Part shown: in pieces, positions 22,939-32,009 of the stretch | How the letters are laid out: the number at the start of each line of letters is the position of its first letter | Position numbering within the stretch: the stretch's first letter is position 1 | DNA from: Diplonema japonicum | Taxonomy: Eukaryota > Protista > Euglenozoa: Diplonemea | DNA: 64,000 bases | Direction of reading: 5' to 3' | Assembly: GCA_964019335.1 (NCBI GenBank) | Contig: OZ025732.1 | Coordinates: 186,001 to 250,000 of the forward strand | Position numbers and translations under genes: made by a program | Notes under the pieces: model-generated | The model's database searches: none | What the model saw: the letters and a program-made list of their open reading frames with translations, nothing else | Told to the model about the DNA's origin: nothing

Positions 22939-25900
22939 ATGAAGAGACCCGCTTACGGCCGCTTTCCAACTCGTTATGACACGCGCGCATCACAGGTGCG
23001 GCGTGCCGCAGGAAATGCACCCCTAAAGATCAATACCTTTCCGTCAACAACGAATAAAACAAACACTTATAAGAAGTATAGTCAGTCGCGCATATATAAC
23101 TCCCACCCCTTCAACTACCGTGCAATCAACAGGTCGCCCTCCAGAGAGGAAGTCATCCGCACCATCTGTGACGCCTATGGTGCGGGTGTCCGAAAGGCCC
23201 TCTTCGTACGTGATGTCGTACAAAACGGCAACGTGCTAAAGGTCCACCTGGAGATCGCCACCAGGGACACACATATTCCCTATGCACTCTTCACGCAGGC
23301 ACTCCTACACCACCATGGAGTCCGTGCCTGTTTCACCGAAGGTGTAGCACCGACGCGTCCCGTCAAGACCTTACGGAAAACGCCTACTACTCCTCAACCG
23401 GCCCACCGGCCGAACCACCGGTCTGGCCCCCAGCCCGCTTATCGTCACGGATACCAACCTGCCTACGATAACCGCTGGGGCAAAGATCAAAACAGGTACG
23501 AGATCCGCAAGGACTTCTTCCTTAGCACAATGGCAAAGGACCAAGTCAAGAAGTCGCGGGACTTCTCCAAGCCTAGCCCGGTCAGCTGCAAACGAAACAA
23601 CGGCAGCATTGACTGGGCCCTCTGGGAGTCTCTCAGCCAGGACGCAGCCGCCAAGTTCATGGCCAAGTACAGCCGCATCGTAAAGAACATGCGCCAAGGA
23701 AAGGCCCCCGAACAGGACGCAGCAGGTATCATCTACCTCGCTGTCGACAAACACGGTGAACCTGTGTACGCAGGGCAGACGTTTAACACCTTACGTCGTC
23801 GTATGCAGGGCCACTGGAGCAGCGCCAGATCGCACAGAGAGAACGCTGAAAGCAACGACACCCGCTTTCACAAGGCCCTCAGGGAAAACGGGGGCCCGTT
23901 ATTCGCTTTCCCCGTCGAATCGATCAACCCCAAGTTCTTCGACGACGCCAAGTCCTTCCGTCGTGTTGCGATCCCCAGGGAGAACCAGTACATCAATAGG
24001 CTGGCTTGCTCCCTTAACATGCGTGGTAGGTTTGCTAAGACGCAGACCCGTCGCCGCCGCAACACGAAACGTAAACCTAAGACGGTACGCGAGCAGCAAC
24101 AGCAGCGACACCAACACCAGGGGCGCTCGAATGCCAAACAGGACCCCAGCAGCAACACTACTACGTCCCCTTCGAACCCCAACAACACCCCCACCAGATC
24201 TACCGCTCCCTCGATACGGCTGAACGACGACGGGGAGCTGTCGATCCAGGCTACTGGGTCCAACTACAAGTCCCTGTGTATGAAGATCACCGCGATGTGT
24301 GCACACCCCGATGTGCTGAACTACGACTTCACTACCTGGGCCCCCAAGACCGTCTTCAGGTACCTGAACTTCCTGAGACGTTACTTCGTCGGGAACTTCT
24401 TCACCGCCAAGATCGCGGCTATCGAACGAGGCCTCACCAACCGCCTCAGCCCTGCCCTCTTGAAAAAGGTGGTCCGCCGAGACGAAGGCTTCGTGTGGTT
24501 CAAAACGAGTTTTGACCACAAGGCCAAGGAGATGATCCTCTGGCGTAAGGTCTTCGAGGACAAGGAGGTAATTGCGGCATGCCCCAAGCCAGCCCTCCTT
24601 CGCAGAGTACACATGTGCAACAAGCTTGGTCAAACCCTCAAGGCCACAGTGTGCAATGTGACGAAGCTCAGCATCGAGACCCCGCGTCCAGAAGCGGCCG
24701 AGCCTACAACAAACTGCCCTTGCTCGAAGCGCAAGACCTCACACACACATGAGGGACACGCCTGCGGACTAGCAGCAGAGGTCATCGATGACGACGAAGT
24801 GAAGGAGGTTCTGAACAGAGGCATGAAGTTCCGCCTCTCAACACACGCCCTCCTCTCTTCCCAAAGTCTCGAGGAGGACATCAACGGGTTCATCACTCAG
24901 AACTTTCGGAGATCCCCTGCAGTGAAAAAGGATTCCTTCCGGAAGGTCCTCCTCGCCAAGGCACAGAACCTTCTCCACCCCCACACTCAGTCTCCGGTCT
25001 TCGACCCCTCAGTCCCGGAGTTCATCAAGACAAAGCTCCGTAAACTTCAGGAGGTCTACGTTTTCCTCCCCATAGACAAAAGCACCCACGACATTGGCGT
25101 CTGTTGCAAGGATCACTACCTCAGGATCCTGCACCAACAGCTTGATAGCCAAGCTTTCGAGCCGGTCTCGAAGCCCTTGGACTCGATCTTCTCCGAAATA
25201 GCTGATCAAGCCAAGACCTTCAACCTCGATTCCACACGTCGCATGCCATACCTGTACGGTACCCTGAAGCTACACAAAGACAAAGTGGGCGTCAGGTGGA
25301 TCTCTGGTGTCTCCTCCACTGATGCACCCCCTGTGGACCAACCAGCAGCGGTCAGCACGCAGGAAATTATGGAGAACTTGGTCGCAGCAGGCGGCGATAC
25401 AACGGGCAATAAAGCTAAGAAACCCACAGCTGCCACCACGGCCCTCCATCTAGAACTGTCTTCCCTCCTGAAGGCTGTCCAACGCGCGCTGCTGGACAAG
25501 GATCTGGAGGGCAGGTCCAAGACCCACGGTCCCGACGGTATCCGACTAAAGCGGTACTGGATCGTCGACTCGGCCGAGAACGTAGCTGCGGATATCAAGC
25601 AGCAGTACACGGCTTACAAAAGCCTGTCCCCTGCCACGTACGACTTCCGGGACATGTACACCAACCTCGACCAAGGGCGTCTGAAAGAGGGGGTTCGTAA
25701 AGCAGTCCAAGAAGCGTTCGACTTCACCGGCAAGAACCTCACCCGTGGCAAGGACGGGAGCTCCTTCACAGATGCCGACGAGGACGATGTCTACACCCCG
25801 GAACGGATCCATAAGCTCCTGGACCTCGTCGTTGACAACACCTATGTTGTGCAGGGTGGCCGCGCCGTTCGTCAAGTAAAGGGTATCCCCATGGGTGGGA

Positions 25901-26805
25901 ACGCCTCCCCCGACCTGGCGAACCTGTTCTGCTACGCCGTGGAGGCCGCATACATCGACAAGCTCCTCGCCGAAGAGGACTGGGAGACCTTGAAACGCTA
26001 CTGCAACGCGTGTCGCTACATCGACGACTTCCTGTTGTGGAGCACTGCGCCACCCCCGGAGGAGCTTTATGGCATGGCTTATGTAAAGACCTCTTCAGAC
26101 CCATGCGACGTCCCCTTTATCGGGATTCGCATCCGGATAGAGCGCCACGAACAAGCTAAGCACAACTATATTAGACTTAGCATTAACGATAAGGCGCAGA
26201 ACTGGCGCTTCCGGCCTACGCGGTTCACCCACGGGCACACCGCGGCGCCCACCACCCAGGGACCAGGCATCTTCAAGGGCATGGTCATCCGTGCCTGCGC
26301 CCTGACCAACAACATCGCGGACCTCAAACGGGAGATCGCTTCAGTGATCTACCTGCTCCTAGATCGCGGTCACGACAAGGGCGGCCTGCGGAAAGCGTAC
26401 AACGCCTTCCTTATCGAACGCGTGGATCGACGCTTCGCCATGGAGAAAAGCAACCTGCTGGCCTTCTTCACGCAAGTCCTCCACCGATACGACGCCAAAG
26501 CCCCGGTAGATTCTTGGTTGCCGGAAAAAACGTACATAGGCCCCAAGAAACCCCGTGCGCTTCCCACGGACGACTCCTCAGCTGACTCCTCAGTCGTCTC
26601 CTCAGTCGCCTTCTCGGGGGGCCCCTCAGACGAGCCCTCGGACAGTTCCTCGGACAGCTCTTCAGGTCTTGTCGAACCGTCACAACCCCGAGCAGCCTCC
26701 GTGGTCTCACCATCTGGTGTCACGGACCAGGTTTTTTCGCCCCCCACCTGCACACCAACAGCGGGGAAGGTCGCCTGGGCCTGGAATGCGGCTGGGCCGT
26801 CATAA
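22939..26805 (+). CDS. PLE polyprotein: N-terminal GIY-YIG endonuclease, Cys/His linker, PLE-type reverse transcriptase
   Basis: GIIYLAV...VYAGQT..TLRRRMQGH...ENQYINRL...LN; CPC...H..GH; YGTLKLHK, YDFRDMYTNL, KGIPMGGNASPDLANL, RYIDD. Confidence 0.92.
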   Translation: MKRPAYGRFPTRYDTRASQVRRAAGNAPLKINTFPSTTNKTNTYKKYSQSRIYNSHPFNYRAINRSPSREEVIRTICDAYGAGVRKALFVRDVVQNGNVLKVHLEIATRDTHIPYALFTQALLHHHGVRACFTEGVAPTRPVKTLRKTPTTPQPAHRPNHRSGPQPAYRHGYQPAYDNRWGKDQNRYEIRKDFFLSTMAKDQVKKSRDFSKPSPVSCKRNNGSIDWALWESLSQDAAAKFMAKYSRIVKNMRQGKAPEQDAAGIIYLAVDKHGEPVYAGQTFNTLRRRMQGHWSSARSHRENAESNDTRFHKALRENGGPLFAFPVESINPKFFDDAKSFRRVAIPRENQYINRLACSLNMRGRFAKTQTRRRRNTKRKPKTVREQQQQRHQHQGRSNAKQDPSSNTTTSPSNPNNTPTRSTAPSIRLNDDGELSIQATGSNYKSLCMKITAMCAHPDVLNYDFTTWAPKTVFRYLNFLRRYFVGNFFTAKIAAIERGLTNRLSPALLKKVVRRDEGFVWFKTSFDHKAKEMILWRKVFEDKEVIAACPKPALLRRVHMCNKLGQTLKATVCNVTKLSIETPRPEAAEPTTNCPCSKRKTSHTHEGHACGLAAEVIDDDEVKEVLNRGMKFRLSTHALLSSQSLEEDINGFITQNFRRSPAVKKDSFRKVLLAKAQNLLHPHTQSPVFDPSVPEFIKTKLRKLQEVYVFLPIDKSTHDIGVCCKDHYLRILHQQLDSQAFEPVSKPLDSIFSEIADQAKTFNLDSTRRMPYLYGTLKLHKDKVGVRWISGVSSTDAPPVDQPAAVSTQEIMENLVAAGGDTTGNKAKKPTAATTALHLELSSLLKAVQRALLDKDLEGRSKTHGPDGIRLKRYWIVDSAENVAADIKQQYTAYKSLSPATYDFRDMYTNLDQGRLKEGVRKAVQEAFDFTGKNLTRGKDGSSFTDADEDDVYTPERIHKLLDLVVDNTYVVQGGRAVRQVKGIPMGGNASPDLANLFCYAVEAAYIDKLLAEEDWETLKRYCNACRYIDDFLLWSTAPPPEELYGMAYVKTSSDPCDVPFIGIRIRIERHEQAKHNYIRLSINDKAQNWRFRPTRFTHGHTAAPTTQGPGIFKGMVIRACALTNNIADLKREIASVIYLLLDRGHDKGGLRKAYNAFLIERVDRRFAMEKSNLLAFFTQVLHRYDAKAPVDSWLPEKTYIGPKKPRALPTDDSSADSSVVSSVAFSGGPSDEPSDSSSDSSSGLVEPSQPRAASVVSPSGVTDQVFSPPTCTPTAGKVAWAWNAAGPS

Positions 26806-28782
26806 ACTGGTTGGCGGACTATGCTGGTGTGGACCGCATCCCCTTCTCTACAATGCAGGAGATCCAGGAGATGTACCACGGCTTCTCACGACTCATCTCC
26901 CCTTCCAGCACTGATGAAGCGCCCGATCCTCTTGGCAACTTTTCCCGCTCGACCTTGTCACGTGCTTGCCTCATGGTCGTTGGTGCAAACTTGGAGGTCT
27001 TCCGTGCGGGCATGAAAGAAAGCCCCTGCTTGATCGTTGGTCCCTTGAAACGAAGTCTCAGCGGCCACTGGTTCATCGCTCTCAGGAAGAAGGGAAGGTA
27101 CATGGTCAAAGACACCGACGTACGGCTAAGGCTCCAGAGCTTCAAACACATCTGCGCACAACATCCTCTGCATCCCAGACGATGTGTGGGCCAGGACAAC
27201 CCCAGGCAGGAAACACAACACACGTGTTCTAGACCCTGAGGCTGAGTTTCGCCAGTTTGAGCCGGTCATCACCCCGGCGGGACCCCAGGTAAGCGACTCG
27301 AGCGCGCGAAAGACTGAGACCGCTCTCAACACCCCGGAAGATCGCACCCTCCTAACTTATGTCACCCTAGCTGCAGCTATAGCTGCATATGCCGCACGCA
27401 CCCGACGGCTCGACACAGGAGTCGCCGCATCAGGTGTGGATGCGCACACCGCTCACTTCGGGCGGCCCGTCGCCACCGCCATCGTAGCCCTAGCTGCCGC
27501 CGTGGCCGCGCGAGCCGTGCACACCGGATGCTCTGTCACCACCACGTCTACGGCAAGCCAGACTAACGTGGTCGGAACTGTCCCGCTCTTCCTGAAGGTC
27601 TCGAGTCTGCACAAGTCTACACCACAGACAGCAGTCGCAACCTGTCAGACGGACCGTGTCACAGCACCTGTACTGTTCTCGATATCATCGACGCTCCAGA
27701 CGGATCCTCCCAGCAGTAGACTGCCCCCGATGGACGCCGGACTGGGGTCGCCCTCGGCCGCGGCGGTCAGACTTACGAAGTCTGTCGAAATTCCGACGCC
27801 CCGCGCGACCCTGTCGAGGCGGCTGGTTACTGAGCCTCGGTTGACACCATGCCTTCCACCGCCAACGGACGTGTCATCCACCCAGCTCGCGGCCTGCACT
27901 CAGTCCACCCGTCGGGACACCGGACACGGGAGTGACACACCGATGCCGTCGTCTACCATGGGACACGCGACACTCCAACCAGTGGTCGGCTCCCAGATTG
28001 TGACAACGTCGGCTGCGGAGTCATCGCTCGCCCGAGCCGTGACAACGCCCGTTCTGGCAGACGCCCCCCTCGGCGCCCGCCAGGTACAGCTCACTCCTTG
28101 CATCCAGTCCGTCCATGAGAACATCGGACTCGGGATGGATACGCCGATGGCTCCCGCCATGGGACACGCGACGCTTCAACCGGTGGTCAACGCCCAGAGA
28201 GACACGACGCTGACCCTGGAGCCGCCCGTGGCCCGAGCCGAGGCAGACGCTCCCCTAGACCCTCACCAGGCGGATGGTGGTTTAGAAATGATCGACCTCA
28301 CGCAGGACTCCCCGGACAGACCCTCGCGCAAGAAGAAGCACGACGGCACTGCTTACGAGCACGAAAGCCGTCGTGGTAAGAGTTCCTCCACAGGCGATGG
28401 GGATCTTCTCATCCTGCGCGAGCAGTCACAGGGTTTTGATCAGGAAGCCCTCAACCGAAGGGCCCTCCAGAGACGGATGGATCGATACCTCAGTCTCTTG
28501 GTCTACTTCCGGCGACACCCGGAGCTCTTGGACGAACACCAGCGTCAGCTCCTGTCGGTCGGTCCCCTCCCGATGCACCTGGACACCTCTCCACATCAAC
28601 TGCTGCTCGAGGCCCGTGACACGGATAGAACTGCCGACCAACAGGCAACCGTCGCCAACCAGGAACAGCTTCTTCTGATTGCGCACAAGGCGTTGCCTAC
28701 CACCGAACGTCTTCGGTTGTCTCACGAATGGCACTCGGGGCTGAACACCGCGGTACAGCAACAGTGGTGGTCGGAGTTCTTC
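26745..28782 (+). pseudogene. Continuation of PLE polyprotein: Josephin-like protease domain, S/T/P-rich linker, SIM-like motif
   Basis: -1 frame reads HLHTNSGEGRLGLECGWAVINWLAD...GNFS...GHWFIALRKKGRYMVKDT; 14-nt deletion at ~27157 relative to the 7851 and 32010 copies. Confidence 0.75.
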
Positions 28783-30039
28783 ATGAGGACGGGCGGAAAG
28801 GAGAAGGGCGCACTGTACTTCATGGATGGCACGCAAAAAACGGAAGTGAAATATGAGAAGAATCCCATGTCACGGAACCTCCTCCTCCCCCACAGGGGGA
28901 CATGTACATGCTGGAGCCACCACCCACGGAGTCGACGCAAACAGACGACGACCCCCATCCTCAGTCAGCGAGACCTGCCCCACGGGGGACCGATGAGGCA
29001 CAGAGAAATCTGAAGGTGGTCATAGACCTGACTGGCGACGACGACGACAAAGTCTCTGCCCCGACCTCGACCCCGCCATCGGAAACGGCGGAACCTGCGC
29101 CACGGACGGAGGAGCTGGAACTGGCATGCCTCACTACCCACGACGGCGACGAAGCCCTGGCCCCACACTCAGCCCCAGCCCCGGCCCCGCCCCTCGCAAG
29201 CCACCACAAGAAGAAGCGAAAGGGAGGCGCATGCCCGGACGTGTACCTTGGCCACGACACCAAGCTGGTAAGGACCAGCACAGATCGTGCACCAGAGCCA
29301 CCTCTGCTCGTCAAATGGCGGTCCAAGAGCGCGAAGCGCGGGCAGTTGTGCGACGGACAAGCGGAGCCCGCAAAGAAGAAAGACCGCTTGGACCTCCTCA
29401 GGGCGAACCGACGGTCGGGCAAGGCCGCCGTTCACGCCCTGGCTGAAGAACATCGAGCGGGTCTGGAAGATAAGCTCTCCCACACGAAACTGGCGACGGC
29501 CGGGATCGTCGAAGCGGAAGGGGAGTGGACGCCAGAAGCCATGATACGGGTCTGCAAACACGTGCTCGGCGAAGAGCCTAAAACCGCGAAGGAACTCGGG
29601 ATTCACATGAAGTTTGTCCGGTTCGCCCTCATCCTGGACTTTGACAAGACGTGGATCATGGCCAGGTATGACTCGGAAGGCTGGAAGGCGAAGGGGGACG
29701 TCGAGAGACGGCAGCAGTTCACGCGGCACGGAGATATGAGAGCCTTGAAGGATCACTACTTCGTGGCCACTAACTGGCTGTTCTTCACCACGCTGCAGTG
29801 GCATAATGTGGGACAGCGCCACCCCCCAAGAACCACCAAGACCTTACGCAAGTAAGAGTGCTGGCCCGGCGAGCTACGAGGGCAAAAAACCTCTTTTCTC
29901 CTTGGAGATGAGAGCATATATTATAGTGCGACATGATCAGACTGGAACGGCCGCCCCGGGGCATCCTCTGCTCAACCCGGCGGACGTGGGAGGCCCTTCT
30001 TCGGAAGGTGCCAGTCGCTTGATCAGTGTCGTCGAATGC
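28783..30039 (+). mobile_element. PLE family 2 3' portion (ORF end at 29855 plus structured UTR)
   Basis: C-terminal domain alignable to ORF 9031-10215 (RVCKHVLGEEP vs RACTHFLGETP; KTW vs STW); UTR motifs shared with family 1. Confidence 0.8.
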
Positions 30040-30107
30040 GCGCTATATTTTATATTTTATAAGTACATATAACAATCGATTGAAAGAAGAAGAACGTTTA
30101 CCAAGAG

Positions 30108-31751
30108 GTGGAGCTGTCTGGGTTTGACAGGGTGAAGGACCTGTACAGGAAGGCGGCAGAGGCTTCTGCGGTGGAGGAGGGGATGTTCCTCTTGCACTTC
30201 GAAGGTGTTGTCTTGGATAATGATGGGACATCTAGCGGCGGTGGGAAGGAGCAGGAGATACAGCAGCTTGGGATGGGGCAGGGGAGCGAGCTTCTCTTGT
30301 GCGGTATTCATAATAAAACACTTGATGTCAGTCATGTGGAACTCTCGAGTCGAAAAGAGGCTGCGAACTGGAAGTTCAAGCCCACGCGTTTCACACACGG
30401 GCACACAGCAGCTCCCTCAACACAGGGCCCAGGTATCCTGAAGGGCATGATGCAGCAAGCGCTTTGCCTCACCAACAGCTCACCGGACTTCAAGAGGCAA
30501 ATTGCAAAGACATACTTCAGTTTGCGCGATCGAGGGCACGAGCACAAACTCCTGAACCGAGCATTCCACGAGTTCCTTTGTGAGCGCGTCAACAAGAACT
30601 ACGGCTGGGAGAAAGGGGAGCTCCAAAGTTTCTTTACCGAAGCAGGGAAGAACTACAGAGCAGGCCGCGAACTTGACGAATGCTACCCGGATCTCGCGTA
30701 TGTGGGACGTAAGGACCCCCGAAAGAGCACAGCCCTCCCCTCCGAACCGACGCAGACAACACAAGAGTCCACCTCCACCGCTGACACGAGCTCGCAAAAG
30801 GAACCACCTCCACAACAGCCGCCCTCAACGGAAACGACACCAATGGAGACACTTACATCGGAATACCCCACGTCGCTACACCAGGAAAGTGGCGAAGGAC
30901 GCGTAGGCCTCGAGTGTGGTTGGGCCGTGGTGAACTGGATCGCAGACTACGCAGAGCTGGCACGCATGCCGTTCGCAGAGATGCAGACAATCCAACACCA
31001 CCTCTGTACCTCGGAGTTCGCCCTGCACACCGAGGGGCATGCGAAGGAGTACCAGCCGAACGAGAAAGGCGACTTCTCCCAAGATACCCTGTCCCTTGCC
31101 TGCCAAAAGATCCTTGGCGAAGAGGCCTCGCTGCAGAGCGTGGTCAAGAGCGGACGGTACCCAGTTCTGGTAATCGGCCCGCCGAAAGGCTCCAGGACGG
31201 GCCACTGGACTACAGCCATCAAAACCGGCAGGTCGTGGTACACCGTGATGGACACAGACAAGGAAGAACACCGTGTCAATGGACTGAGGCAGGTCCTACG
31301 TATGTATGACGAACAGAACATCCTGGGTATCACCGAAGAAAGCTGGGCCAGAGCAAGGACCATAAGGGAGCAGAACGGCGGCGGACCAAAAGCGTTCGAC
31401 GTCCACGCTTGCATCAAGGGAGCGCAGGAAGAGGTAATGCCACCGGTTTCAGGCCCCTGTTTGAGCCAGACCCCTGCAGCTAGCCTCACCCCCAATGATG
31501 ACCCGGTCCCTTCACCTGGTCCGGACTCAGACGCTAATCCGGTCTCGATAGTCCCTGACGACCCAGTGCCCACAACTGGCCCAGTCTACGCCACGGACCT
31601 AGTCAGTTCGCCTGGCCCGATCTCTGTCACGGACGCAGTCCCCACCACAGGCCCGGTCCACGCTTCTAGTCTGATCCCCTCCGCAGACCCGGTTCCAACA
31701 CCAGGCGCAGCCTCCACAGCTAGGCGGTTTGGCACTTTGTTTTCGTCCTAA
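30108..31751 (+). CDS. Chimeric ORF: host Ubl domain fused in frame to PLE RT-thumb and Josephin-like domain
   Basis: 30170-30360 matches 3691-3879; from 30361 ANWKFKPTRFTHGHTAAP parallels QNWRFRPTRFTHGHTAAP of ORF 22939. Confidence 0.6.
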   Translation: MELSGFDRVKDLYRKAAEASAVEEGMFLLHFEGVVLDNDGTSSGGGKEQEIQQLGMGQGSELLLCGIHNKTLDVSHVELSSRKEAANWKFKPTRFTHGHTAAPSTQGPGILKGMMQQALCLTNSSPDFKRQIAKTYFSLRDRGHEHKLLNRAFHEFLCERVNKNYGWEKGELQSFFTEAGKNYRAGRELDECYPDLAYVGRKDPRKSTALPSEPTQTTQESTSTADTSSQKEPPPQQPPSTETTPMETLTSEYPTSLHQESGEGRVGLECGWAVVNWIADYAELARMPFAEMQTIQHHLCTSEFALHTEGHAKEYQPNEKGDFSQDTLSLACQKILGEEASLQSVVKSGRYPVLVIGPPKGSRTGHWTTAIKTGRSWYTVMDTDKEEHRVNGLRQVLRMYDEQNILGITEESWARARTIREQNGGGPKAFDVHACIKGAQEEVMPPVSGPCLSQTPAASLTPNDDPVPSPGPDSDANPVSIVPDDPVPTTGPVYATDLVSSPGPISVTDAVPTTGPVHASSLIPSADPVPTPGAASTARRFGTLFSS

Positions 31752-32009
31752 GAAAAGCAATAAGAATACCTTCTTTTATTCTACTTCTTCGCTTTTATTA
31801 TGAAGGGGGATAGGTGCAGGTAGAGCATGAGAACAAGGGGGTCTCACAAAGACTTCCTTTAACTCATATATATTTATTATCAACATGCCCTTATTTCAAC
31901 AAACAACACAGGATATTGAAAGAAAACAAGAAAAGAGACAAAACCATGAAAGGAAGCGAAGGACCATCGGCAGTGACGCTGCAGGCGAGGCTCCCCACCT
32001 CTGAGACCA

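Larger units (their letters stand above)
21583..28782 (+). mobile_element. Near full-length Penelope-like element family 1 with upstream pseudo-LTR
   Basis: 3'UTR copy 21583-21986 directly upstream of a 0.95-kb leader and the GIY-YIG/RT ORF; 3' part replaced by family 2 sequence after 28782. Confidence 0.9.

Noticed and set aside
28756-28782. 27-bp overlap with the start of the inverted copy (40872-40897) as a split TSD or inversion breakpoint
   Set aside because: The inverted copy is explained as an independent insertion into a MITE TIR; overlap is probably coincidental
31995-32009. Independent site-specific insertion into the same Ubl codon twice
   Set aside because: Both copies share a private internal deletion, pointing to duplication of one insertion
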